Shown here piece by piece: positions 13,836 through 26,507 of a stretch of DNA of 64,000 nucleotides (positions are counted from its first letter, which is position 1; the number at the start of each line of letters is the position of its first letter). The stretch is from positions 620,001 through 684,000 of the forward strand of contig NW_026937360.1 of NCBI RefSeq assembly GCF_032062105.1. Direction: 5' to 3'. The notes beneath the pieces are model-generated. The model saw only the letters and a list, made by a program, of their open reading frames with translations, ran no database searches and was not told the origin of the DNA. The DNA is from Saccostrea cucullata. Taxonomy: Eukaryota. The translations under genes and the position numbers were made by a program.

Positions 13836-15526
13836 TATATATATATATATATATATTTGAATGTTTGTAAGTAGTATTTTGGATCTTCTTTATTACCAAA
13901 TATTCTTCTGTGTAATAAATATACATATACATGTATTTTTTTTTAAATTTTTATGGTATGTAGGTATGTTCAATTTGATAGAACTTAAAGATATGCGAGA
14001 GTCTGTATTCGATAAACCCGTCTTCAAGATTCCTATTTTCTGCTTAACATTATGTTTAAATGTAATATATTCTTTTTATGTTCCATACCTTATAAGCAGA
14101 GATTCTTTTTCTTGTTCAAGATTAGAGACTTTCAGTTCCAGTTCTCGATGAAGCCTCGTATGTTCCTGAAGAGTTGACATCAATGCCTGGTTTTGTGCAG
14201 TAACATTAGTTATTTCTTTTTTCTGCTGCTCAAACTTGGTGTACAAATCAGATACTGTACTATCACTCATGCCTTGAATATCATCCATTCTTCCTTTGTT
14301 CTCAATATGAGATGCTTTTTTTCTGAAAAGGTAACATGCACAATGTACAACAAAAAAAACACATGTAATACAATGTACATGTAGTTAATTATTCAGCTTC
14401 ATTGTATGAGAAGAAATACGAATATCTAGTATATCCCAAAAGAAATTAAAAAAAAGGAGATCCTTACTTGTCCTTTGCATATTGCTTCTTGGCATTTTCG
14501 GCATATTCCATTATTTCATAGATCTTTAAAAGTGCGTCCCTTATATTAACGTGAACGTTGTCGTAAAACTTTGCATTGGAATTTAATACACTGTTCTTTC
14601 CAGTGAATTTTTTGTAGCAGGTTTGTATTGTATCAAATAATGATTCTATCTCATGCAACCTTGAAAAGAAAAAAAAATATCAAGAATGTAACGGACAAAG
14701 TAATTATTTATAATAAGAAAATAAATTATTGTAACTTTTTTGTGCTATTTTCTATTTCTGTATGCATAAAACTAAAATCAAGTGACTTATTAAGCTTTAG
14801 CATTTTGTAAACAAACACAGTGGAAGATTGATTTTAAACCTGGATAATACGATCGTATGTGAAGTTATAAATAATTTATTTTTTATCACAACTCATCAGA
14901 TAGAAAAGGTACGATAATAATTACTAGGTGATCACTCACTCCATTTGTTTTTCAGTCCTAATTTCCCTATTTTCTTCTCCATGGTTAGAGAAAGGTTGCT
15001 GTCGTTTGAAATCTTTGAAATTATCTTCATATTGTGTTGAAATATCTTTAAGATCTCTGTCTTTGCCAATTGTTACTTTCATCTTACATTTTTTGCAAAA
15101 GTTTTCTTCACCTTCAGTCTCATTGCATGAGTCGCTCTCTTCGGCCTTACGATTCTCAGTAGTCGAAATCACGTTTTGGGGCACATTTTTAGTTTTGTCG
15201 CTGTTCGGAGTCTTTTCCACACTTTCTTGTCTTTTTAAAAACGTATCTGTTGAATTTGTTTGAACAGGTCCAACCATCTCATGCTTTGTGCCATTAGAAT
15301 CAGGTAAAATACGACTCTCCTCTTTGACCAAAAATGTGACAAATTGTCCATCGTTTACTTCGGTGAAGAGTTCATTTTGATTGTCAGTTTCGTGCACTTG
15401 CATCGGATCTGGACTTTCAGGTCGTATGCTGTCGTCAAATTTTTTGTATTGACCATTTAAAGCCTGAATTCCTTTAATTGTTCCACTCGAAACTTCTTTC
15501 TTTTTATTTTTGAATAAGCTGTCCAT
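12313..15526 (-). CDS. Mieap/SPATA18 C-terminal-domain protein, paralogue A (~553 aa, 7 coding exons, long charged low-complexity N-terminus)
   Basis: Exons 15526-14940, 14659-14468, 14322-14089, 13725-13530, 13304-13224, 13123-13031, 12591-12313. All introns are GT-AG, the frame is continuous and the total is 1662 nt. Core motifs DLSDDNRPLNVAERFSELYDNEW and YTKSG..CDYLVWP...GPVMQKGIVQP. Confidence 0.85.
13772..13856. repeat. (AT)n microsatellite in intron 3 of paralogue A
   Basis: Direct reading; one interruption (gaa). Confidence 0.95.
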
Positions 15527-17038
15527 ATTTCAATTAATCTGATAAGATAATATAATATATCAATTATATGAATAGTAATTCAATGTGTTTTTCTACTTTC
15601 TTTTTTCACGAAAGCTTTTCAATGGGAATTGGCAATATATATATACTATGACAAAAACTCTTCAAATAATGATAAGAAAAAATCAAGAGGTCTTTATGCA
15701 CAATGATTTTGAATGAAATCGGTAGAAGTTTTAATAGATGTATATAAACGAAATACAAACCTGTTCACATCGAGACATGACAATGATTAGGACGTAATAT
15801 GTCCTTTCCTGTATCTAAAGAGATAAAAACAGCAGTTCTATCTCTTCCAAGGATACCCCTCATTAGATGTGTGTTTACATGTACGTATACGACAGTTTTA
15901 GAATCATATTTAAACTTCCTTCTTCAAAACAGCTATCAGAAATTCCCTTAAAGAATCATTCAGTCGTATTTTGGATTTTAAATAAGATCATCATACTATT
16001 TTTACCTATGGTCAAGGATATTAAAGTTAGAAGTATGCTTGGTAGATAAATATAACCGTCACTCATATTGCATGAAGAATTTAAATTCATAAAAAATGTG
16101 TCACGAATGAATTTTTCAGACAAATTAGACAAAGTAAAAATATAATGTAACATAGGTTTTCAAAATCATTGTCAGAATTTAACTATTGAAAAATCAAGTT
16201 AAAATCAAATTAAGAACCAGTGTTAATCAAAGTACATGTTTTTTTTCTCTTAAAAAATAGAAGCCCATAAATCCTGTGTGTGTACATGTAACATATATAT
16301 TCTTTAATTAGATCGTAGTTAGGAGACACACCAGGAAGGAATTTCAGTGGTGAGAAACGGTTGCTGTTTTTAATCTAAAGGAAATGAATGCCAGCGAACT
16401 GATAAAGTTCAGGAGGAAGAGAAATATGTACATGAAGTTATTAAATTAAAAATCATTACTTATAAGTGTGTCCCAAATATAAACTTTTATGTATCTCCTT
16501 CTTGAATATCAGATACATTTTGTTGATACAGAAAAACTCAGTAAGGAATGCTCGCGCCGCATGTATGTTTTCCAACGGAAGATATAAAAGTTGGACAAAT
16601 GTCTCCAGATCTGAGAAATTCTATAAAACGTACTACTCTGGCCAATGCCGATGTGGCCTCAATGTATGATATGAATTAATATAAATATTTGTTGCAAAAA
16701 AATCATACTACGTTCTCATTTTAATATGATCACAATTTTATCTATCTTGTGCATGTGGTTTTTAGATTAAAAATAAGGGGCTATTTATAATTTTTGAGAA
16801 TAGATAGCACTCAATCTATTGTAATAAGCTTTTTGCTAATCTTAACAATTTCGAAGATAAAAAATATCTTTAAAAGGGACACTTCATAAAACCCTTGCAT
16901 GTCTGGCAAAAAGTAAGAAAAACGCAGTATACAAAGAAAATTCTTATCAAGAACACAAAATACAGACAAGCAAGGCCTTCGTTCACAACGCTCCCCAGCC
17001 ATATTTGTACATATTTGTCTTGATTCTTCTCTTCTGAA

Positions 17039-17807
17039 GGGTGCATGGACATAGATTTGAAGTTAATATTTTTTGTATAATATAATGACATATATTTTAA
17101 TAGCATTTCACACAAAAACATATTAAAAATCTTATTTCATTTTAAAGTTATTAAAACTTAAAATTTTTAGACGGGTTTGATTGAAACATCCTTGCACTTT
17201 TACAAATTTTAATTTTATTCTTAATCCTTAGGAAAAGTGGCAATCATGTTGTGTATTAATGAAAAATATTAAAAATTTAATCCAGAAAATTCAGAGTGGA
17301 AATGTTCGAAAGGAAAACATACATACAGTATATTTCAGTCAGTGCAGTTGTGGTGAGCAGACTTTAACAATTGAACGCGACCGGTGAATCGTAAACACCA
17401 ACAATAACATAGCTCGTGCCCTGTTTTAAAAAACTGTGTACGTATCACGGGTGTGATTTGCTAAACTCTGTACACATCACTTAGTGCGAAATGACGATAC
17501 TTGTGAAGGGGTTTTGCTTTTTAACATTTCTACTCTGAATTTAATTACTTTTCTGGATTAAAGTTTTAATATTTTTCATTTATACACAACAAGAACGTCG
17601 CTTTTCCTAAGTATTAAGAATAAAAGTAAAATTTGTGAGTGTGCAAGGATGTGTCAATCAAACCCATTCAAAAATTTAAAGTTTCAATAACTTTTAGATG
17701 AAATAAAATTTTGATATTTTTTAATTTTTTTGTTTGAAATGCTATTAAAATATATAAGTCGTGATATTAGAAAGAAAATATTAATTTCAAATCTGTGTCC
17801 ATGCACC
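17039..17807. mobile_element. Foldback MITE with long (~270 bp) inverted arms
   Basis: GGTGCATGGACATAGATTTGAAGTTAATATTTT... mirrors ...AAAATATTAATTTCAAATCTGTGTCCATGCACC. The arms stay complementary to ~17310/17520. Same family as 25425-25676. Confidence 0.85.
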
Positions 17808-18439
17808 TTTCATGGACATTTTCTTTCCTACTTTGAATCTTCTATTTTTCAAAGATTAATAATTATGTACATAAAAAATTCTCCATTTATCCTTATAAAA
17901 TTTTAAAAATCCCGACCTATGAAATATTAGATATGATACCAGTGGTATGATTTAAATTGAATGAAATTTTTCATGGGGATAATAGAATATTAATGTATAT
18001 ATTACTGTGACTTTTTGTATACTTTGGTCCTTGAAGAAATTATTTAACTTTATATTTCAAAGGCAAGCTTTGATACCTACTGGACCCTTCCGTTTGCCTA
18101 AGGCTTATAAAAATAATGATGTGATAGGTGTAGTATTTGTAATTGAGATTTTGAAACATTTTCCGATATATTCTACTAATCATTGAATTTCTTCAGTGGT
18201 TTTCCGTTCAAATTTCAAAATCTGATACGTTTTAATCAACTTATTATGGAAACAGGGAATATAATGAAAGCTTATGTCTATTACTAGTATAATTGATTTT
18301 AAAAACAACAAAATATGATGGTACTTAATATCATGTGTTCTCCTAGGTCTGTTATCTTGATGACAATATTTTCATAGAATGTGACTCAGACAGAATGTCC
18401 GCAAAACAATTTTAGTAAATATTCCATTCATGATTTGTC

Positions 18440-18736
18440 GCCCGTGTGGCGCAGTGATTATAATATCTGTTCTAGAGTCGCGAAGTAAAGAATTGATCCT
18501 TACGTCGCGGGTTCGAATCTCATTGTAGAACGTGAAGACCGGTCCGTCGGATGAGATCGTATGAAGTCCTGTGTTGCAGTAGGTGCTGGGACGAAAAAGA
18601 TCCCTCCCTGCTCAGTGGTCCCGAGTGCCGAGTACAGGACAAAAGCAGCTCTCCGCCGGCAGGTCGTGGCTTCTCCATATGAGTGAAAAATTCTCGAGAG
18701 GGACGTTTAACATATACAATCAATCAATCAATCCAT
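18440..18736 (+). mobile_element. tRNA-derived SINE
   Basis: Pol III A box TGGCGCAGTG and B box GGTTCGAATC, a GC-rich body and a (CAAT)n tail. A related 3' fragment lies at ~27040-27146. Confidence 0.85.
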
Positions 18737-19185
18737 CCATGTTTTTATTATGGTCTTTGTATGATTTAGCTTTTGTGTTTTTTTCTAAAGCGGTTAAGAA
18801 TTGGCACTATGTTTTATACATGATTGTAATTTGGCTGATAATAATCTCATCTGTTTTCAGTTGGGTACATTGACAATAGCTGGCTAATTCTCTACGGCTT
18901 CAAATAATTGAGTTTAATTTGTACAGAAAATTATATACATCTACTTCTAAAAAGCCTCTAAGAGTTAAGCACTGTCTCCTTCCTAAAGCATAGGTTTGAA
19001 TGATCAGCTTGAAATAATACACAGCGGGCATGAAAATACACTTTAAAAAGTATATAAAACACATTAACGGGGTATATTTAAAATGTTTTCTGAATACGTA
19101 TGTTTATTTATATATGTATTTTACACACAACAATATCACAGCCATGACGAATTACACGGTAATGAGAAATTTTTTAATCTATTCT

Positions 19186-22100
19186 TTAAGTTGGTTGCAG
19201 TACACCTTTTCGGTACACAGTGCCATTTTCGTACATCACTGCAGGCCACACAACATAATCCACCACAGTCCCAGATCTGGTATAATGACTAAAGAGCATT
19301 TTATCAAATGGTTCCCCAGCGGCTGCATTAAAGTGAAGTACAAGGGGCGGATCTTGTATGTTCATAAGCCAGCACAATTCGGAACAACGATGTACATAGT
19401 GTTTTAGTTCGTCACCAAGATTATCTATTCCAAGTTGCTGATCAATTCTCTGCAAATGGACAATATCTTATTAGTAAATAGTCAATTAATTTAAAAGTAA
19501 TAAAAAGATGAAATTCTCTATTGTAATGCTATAATAACAGGTTTTATAAAATTTTGAAACTTACCTTTTTGACAAACTGATATATTTCCATTGCATTTTC
19601 TTTCTGAAATGATTTGATCGCTTTCCGTAAGGATTGTGGTATTGCCTGTAATACAATATATCAATAAGAATGTCTCTTTCATGTAACCTTTTATTACGTA
19701 TCAAGAATAGGACCTAAAATAATAGACTATCTATAAGCCTGTGGTACTTTGAATGCTTACCCTTCCATTATCATCGGAATCATTCCCACAAAATGATGCG
19801 TCTTTTATGAAGTTTCTCCTCTGATCCATGGCCGAGGATTGACATGTCTCAAAGACATTCTTGTAGTAGAAGAAATAAAAGGATAATAATAATTTGAAAA
19901 TAATAAATGACAAAGAAATGATAAAAAACGACAATGGAATTTCATACACAAAGTTATATATTTGAGAAAAAACATTACTTAAAAAATGTGAAATATAGTT
20001 TAAATGGTCTTTGTTTACATTAAGAACCTCTCTACACTGCACACTAAAGAGTTCTGATTCTAATGTGTTTTTCTGAAGTTAGAGTGATCTGCCCTTAGAA
20101 ATTAATTCTGAAAAATAGAACTTTACAATATATTACTGAATTTGTAATGAATTCAAGTATTCTTAACATTTTAAAGGGCCAATATGAATTAACTGTACGT
20201 GTTATTTACGTGTATTTTCTCTATTGAAATAATTAACAGTGATTTCTATTCACTGATACTGTGTGGTCTTTGAACATTTTTCCCGGGGGTAAATGCCACG
20301 CACCATACAGCAAAAATTAGATAAATAAGCTCGATATTAACTCCTTTATACAAAATATTTTTCTCAATGTCCCAAAAAAAATTTTTGCACTTGTATAGAG
20401 AGGGTCCTTAAACATGAAAACATGGAAATGTTGAATTTTATATAATTTACATGGAAGTAGTGTAATCTTTTCTCCTGTTGAAAATCCGGGGTGCCAATAA
20501 CTTTACCTTCAAAATATTTCTTAGTTGATCGATTGCCTGTCTTTCAGAAACATTTTGCTTCAATAGTTCCTCCAATGCATTGGTCCACTCGTTGTCGTAC
20601 AGTTCTCCAAAAGCCTCTGCTAGTTTCATTGGTCTCTTGGTGTCTGACAAATCCTGTATGCTGGGATTGTTGTCATATACTTTAAGACCTGCCACTTGGC
20701 TTAACCTATTACAGTGTAACAGTATAGGAATTTGAATGTTATTCGTACAATTATGTAACGTTGTAGAACAATATTTTTTATAAATAAATTAAAAAGATCA
20801 AGATCGGGCAATCTTTAGAAAATTGTTCGTTCTACCGTTAAAACTGGTCCGACTCAATTTTTTTTTAACTTTAAGCAAACAATTATTTTTGTATACATTT
20901 CAGGAAATAGAATTTAAAATTTTCGCATTGGTACTGAGATTTTCTTAGGAAAAAATGTCTAACCTTTCTCTCGACCAAATGCTTTTCATTATAAGTCGGA
21001 AAATGGCAAACGAACATTTTTAAGTTTGCCTTTGAAAAATTTTATGTTAATTAAGTTATGTACAGATATTGATTATATAATTGAGTACCTGGTTAAGAGA
21101 CCTTCTTTTTGTTGCTCTAATAATGTGACTTTTTCTGTAAGCCTTTTGTCTTCTTTCTTTAGCTGTTCTATTTGTCTATCAAGCTGTTCAAGACGAAACT
21201 GGAGCTTTTCATTTTTATTTATTTCGTTGCAGATAGCTTCCTGTTCTACCTTTGATTTATCAATGGCTTTATACTTCTCAATAGAACTAGAAAAATTCAT
21301 TTAAAGTAAGAAAAATACAAAAATCTGAATAACAAAATACATTTTATTAACTATTCTTAATGTAATAGCAAATTTGTAACACATTTCTGAGTTAAATGTA
21401 TAAATCCCCCTTGTCTTAAAACTTAGTATGAAAACACAAAACTCCCTAATTAAGTACTAACAATACTTATTTGAAATGCATTTTATTAAGGAAAGATAAA
21501 TCTGCAAAAAGAAAAAAAAAGAACTAGCGAAGAATTTACCTCCGTAAAGATTCCAGTAAATCAAACACATTTTCAGTTTTCTCTCTTAGATGAGTACTTT
21601 GTATAAATCCTATATTGTCATCTTTCACTATACATGGAACGTTAAGTAGTATCACCCACTGTTCACAAGTACTGCGATCGTCTGCCGAGTAGTCTTGTAT
21701 ACGGTCCTGAATCTGAACAAGTTTGTCATGTAAAGTCTCTATCATCATTTCAAAAAACTTCTGTGGATCGCCATCAATAAATACCCTGAAATTCAGAACC
21801 AATCTAATTCTGTTGATTTGTTTACTTTTTGTTCAATGTTTCACTTAATATTGATAGAGTACACCCACTTGCTGGTGTAGGACTGCAAATTAGATCTGTT
21901 TTTGTCACACTCAGTGATTTTTCTTGAGCCAGCGCCTACAGCATAACAAGGCCGTGACATCAGGAATTAGACTTTACAGCGTGAGTCCACCAATCACTCT
22001 ATGCACTGTTTTTTGACTAGCGAACTTATTCTTTTGACAGTGTTAGATTTAGCAGAAAAAAAACTGTTTGAAATAGACCTGGGAAATATCAAGGAATATC

Positions 22101-22415
22101 TCTTACTATATGCTGTCTGGAAAGCCATTCATTTGCTCCTGAGATTATATTCTATAAAGCAAATCGCAGACTTCACTAAATTTAGATCTAACTCACAGAT
22201 TAAAGTATCCATTTATTTTAATTCAAAAGGATAAAAGTGTTAAATAGCATAATTGTATTTGAAAAAAAAAATACAGAAAGATTTTCCAATAGTTTAGATT
22301 AAAATTTAAGATTGAAGATAAAAAAGTATTTTGCTTTTCACATGAATAAAGAAAATGAAAGAAAGACACAACAATGTATGTACATGTGAACATACCAGTC
22401 TCCCTCCTCCTCCAT
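19186..22415 (-). CDS. Mieap/SPATA18 C-terminal-domain protein, paralogue B (~368 aa, 7 coding exons)
   Basis: Exons 22415-22396 (MEEEGD), 21785-21540, 21286-21089, 20705-20507, 19859-19761, 19645-19565, 19449-19186. GT-AG introns and continuous frame, 1107 nt. Core motifs DLSDTKRPMKLAEAFGELYDNEW, ELCWLMNIQDPP and VVWPAVMYENG. Confidence 0.85.
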
Positions 22416-25400
22416 TCTGTTGACTAAATTGTTTCCTTTCAGGTAATTAAAAAATCCCTTGTTTCGTTTCTTTAACGGAAGTTATTTTTTTAAATTCCAA
22501 ACCTACTAAATACACTTGTGCACGTGACATATTATAAAAAGAATACATAATGTCCTAGATATGTGCCAATTTTAACGTCGAGTTGACATAAAGATAAGCG
22601 TATTGATATGTTATGTTCATGATTATGCAAATACAAATTTTATCTTCTTGAGTTACATGTAGTAGTTTACTTGTACTATCACTAATCAAGACTAATCAAA
22701 TCTACATTAATTGACAGTTCCTTTATTAGAACATTAATTGCTAGGATAATACCGACTGTTTTCTTTTTCTTCGTTATCTTTTTCAACTTTCCTCCACATA
22801 CGTACTTTCAGTTTTTATTCCCTCTCTAGAATGTGGCCAGGGTATATATTTAGTGTTCTTTTGCACTTTTGACATTTTTATTAAACGTTAGAAGCAAAAA
22901 CATATTGATTGCAGCTATTTAGAAATGCATCAATAATTTATCAGGACCTTTCATTTGATCTTGATCTCACCTTACCTAAGTTAGCTTTTAGTTCAATTTT
23001 TCACAAACTAGAAGATTTTTTTCTGCAAATTTGATGAGAGCAACATTTTCTGTTCGTAACTTTTATTAAACAATACGATTAAAACTAAGTAAAACTGCGT
23101 CAAATACATTTACATTTCACAATCCATATTAATTTTTACATATAGATCCCCATCTTTAATATTACATATAAAGGTATATATGTATATATACACATGCATT
23201 GAGTTATCTTATTTTTTAACAAAGAGTATCTGTTATGCAATCGTAGTGAAGATAAATCTTTGTTGTCAAGAAAATACTTGCAAAATAATGTTTTCTGCTC
23301 TTTTGTCTTTGTTTATCATGAAGTTAAGGAAGCTCTAAACAATGCAGACTAAAGAGCTTTACTTATAGGAAATAGAGTACAAAATCCCACGATGAGCCCA
23401 TGGTATTATTTGTGACACAATGTAGAGTAGAGAGCTGAATAGATGGGCATTACCTGATTGGCTGAAATGAGGTATGTGCATGTATTTTTTTTCATTCCAA
23501 AGTAAAAATATTTATGTTTGAAATAAATGAGGAATGTAGGAATATTATAAAAAATACAGAAATACCAGGAAAGATTGTAGGATCGAGGGATGTCTTTTTT
23601 GGCAGTGTTATTTAATGCCGATAGCTGTAAGTTGTTATCAACTGCAATTTTGACCTACACTCGCCATGAGTCCCTAAATTTTTTGGTTTTTTTTTTTATA
23701 AGCGATTGGATTAAAGTTTCAAACGATGCCAAGGATTTGTCTAAAATTAAATTAGTATAGTACTGAGAGGGCAAATGGTTTGTATAGAGTTCTATGTAAA
23801 AATAATTACTACTCTTTTCCCTACATAGGGTAGTTTTATGCAATTTGAGTGATCAGACCCTAGAAAGAAGATTTTTTTAAAACAAAAAATGCTATTTACA
23901 GTTATTTAAACGATCTGTTATAGACTGAAACATTTTTAGCATTATATAAGACAAAGAAAAAACAAGAAAAAACAATTGAGTTCATTATTATCATTAATTA
24001 TCATTAATTTTCCCAATGTAAGTAAACAGCAATAATTTTTGTCAATAGTCTCTGAACATTTTTCCTGCGGAAATAAGCCAGGTAACAGATTTTACAAATG
24101 AATGAAAAAGTCTCAATATGCACATATAGTTTTCTCAAAGCCCAAAAAGCAGCTTCTTTTAGTGTTTAGAGTTCTTTAAAGAATACTTCATCTCCTTTTA
24201 AATTATGTCCCTGTGGAAACATCAAAATTCGGGGGTGACTAATGTTTTTTTTGAATTTCGTGGCTCAGCGTTATCCACGAGATAACATCCGAAGAAACAA
24301 TTGCTTAGTTAGCATAATTATTCAATGTAACTTCTCTATATAAGTTACCCTCGAAATTTCCTTCATACAAACAAATTAAATTTTGTTTGTGTACGAACAT
24401 TGATCCAAATGAAATAAATTTTTCTACAATATTTACCAAATAGTTCTGTTTACTTGATATATATGTAAGTAATAAGGAACATAAATGTAGCAGATCATCA
24501 CTTTCTTATCCAACGAACATTAACTGATTTTGTATTTATATTGATGAAACAGCCTATCATTCTTATATTTTTATTGAAAATAAAGCATATTATCTTCATT
24601 GCATAGTGATATATTTTTAATTACAAATAAAAAAAAATACAAAATTATTGAAATGCCTGATGGTCATAATTTCATCGAATCCAAATTAAATATTTTGTAA
24701 TATCAAATACAATCAAAAATCACAGAGTATTTCAGTCATATGAAAAAATAGCATATACATTGAATGTTAATTATATAATAATGATCCGTATAATTATGCC
24801 TATTAAAACAGTCAGTATGATAAGAAGTAAACATCATTGTCTAATTCAGTACTTTTGGTTGAAGGACTCCTTTCTGAACCAAGGGTCCGTTCTCGTGAAG
24901 AAACACAGCTGGCCAGACAATGAAATCTACTCTGTCACCTTGTTTTGTGCAACACAAAGTTTTTACATTTATACTTGATAATATTGTCCTGTCAAAATCT
25001 AGCATCATTGGTGGATCTTGGATAGACAGTATATAGCACAACTGTACAAAAATATAATAATTATTTAAATGCAGTTTAAAACTTTGTGGAAAATTTCGTA
25101 AATTGGGACATATTTAAAATCTGCTGGAGCTACAAATATAGTTCAAAATCAAGTATATTTTTAAATTCTCAAAATGTGATTGAAGAGGATTAAAAAATTT
25201 ATATAATAATAATACCTTGTATTCTAATATAAACGTCAATGTGAGCAAAAGCGACTAATGCCGTCATCATTTTGGTTGAAGATCAATTACTTTGGAAATT
25301 ACTTTGTCTCCTTGTTTTGTGTACATTCTTCCGGTGACATCTTAAGGTAAACAAAGTTTTAAAAAAAATAAAATACATGTATCACGATCTACTTGACAGC

Positions 25401-25424
25401 TTTAATATTGTTTTATTCATTTAA

Positions 25425-25676
25425 AGGTGCATAGGTTTAATATTTTTCATAAATGCACAACAAGATTGCCGCTTTTTCCTAAGTATTAAGAATAAAATTA
25501 AAATTTGTGAAAATGCAAGGATGTGTCAATCAAACCCATCCAAAAATCTTAAGTTTCAATAACTCTTAGATGAGAAAAGATTTTTAATTTATTTTCACGT
25601 GAAATGCTATTACAATATATAAGTCGTGATATTATAAAGAAAATATCATCAACTTCAAATCTGCGTCTATGCATCT
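25425..25676. mobile_element. Internally deleted copy of the 17-kb foldback MITE, TTAA-flanked
   Basis: ttaa-AGGTGCATAG ... CTATGCATCT-ttaa. The body matches the right arm at 17563-17807. Confidence 0.8.
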
Positions 25677-26298
25677 TTAATTGATATTTAATTTTTGTCA
25701 TTGAAAAGAAGTTTATTGTTTTCAAATTCTAAAAACAAAATGCTTATTTTTTTCCAGACATAGATAATTATTTCACAAATATTTCCAAAAACAAATTGCT
25801 CAGTTTTTAATCTCAACCTCTAATTGCACTTTGGATTTAGATGGTTTTGCAATGGCTTCTATCAGGTTCTCTCTCTGATCTCTAGCATATCTAAGGCAGC
25901 TGTTGTAAATTTCCTGCAAGAAACGAAATAGTTTATGAAATATGAATAATGTTTATTTCTTTTTCATTCAAATGAAGTGTATATAATTTTAGCATCAATA
26001 AAAATTACCTTTAATACTTCAAGAAGCATTTGAATAATTTTTTCTTCTTCAAAGTTTTCCCCTTCTAAAACTTCAAACACTTCTGTCCATTCGTTGTCGT
26101 ACAGTTCGCTGAACTTTTCTGCCAGTTTGTTTGGGCGATTTTCATCTGATAAATCAGCTATACCAGGGTTATTTAACCGGAGCTTATCACCAGCCACTGC
26201 ACTAAGTCTAAGGAAAAATCAAAAATGAAAAAGGCTCATTTTTAAATGAAATAGTAAAAATTTTATAGCAAAAAAAAATTATCAACAGAAAGGATATA

Positions 26299-26507
26299 CT
26301 GTAGAAGTATTTTTTTCCGCGTGGTATTAATTTACGCTATGTACACGGTCTCACAAATTTTCCGCGGAAATTTGTCCAAGCGTACTTAATATAAATGTAA
26401 GGCATGTAGTGACAATCTAGAAAATCCGCGTAATTTTCTACCCGCGGATTAAACAGAAATTGAGATTCTGCGGAATTATGACCCCGTGGAAAAAAGTACG
26501 TCTACAG
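26299..26507. mobile_element. Tc1/mariner-derived MITE
   Basis: ta-CTGTAGAAGTATTTTTTTCCGCG ... CGTGGAAAAAAGTACGTCTACAG-ta: imperfect TIR with TA flanks. Confidence 0.7.

Noticed and set aside
18440-18525. tRNA gene
   Set aside because: It has A and B boxes but no proper cloverleaf and continues into a SINE body and tail. The fragment at ~1279-1350 is likewise a decayed SINE head.
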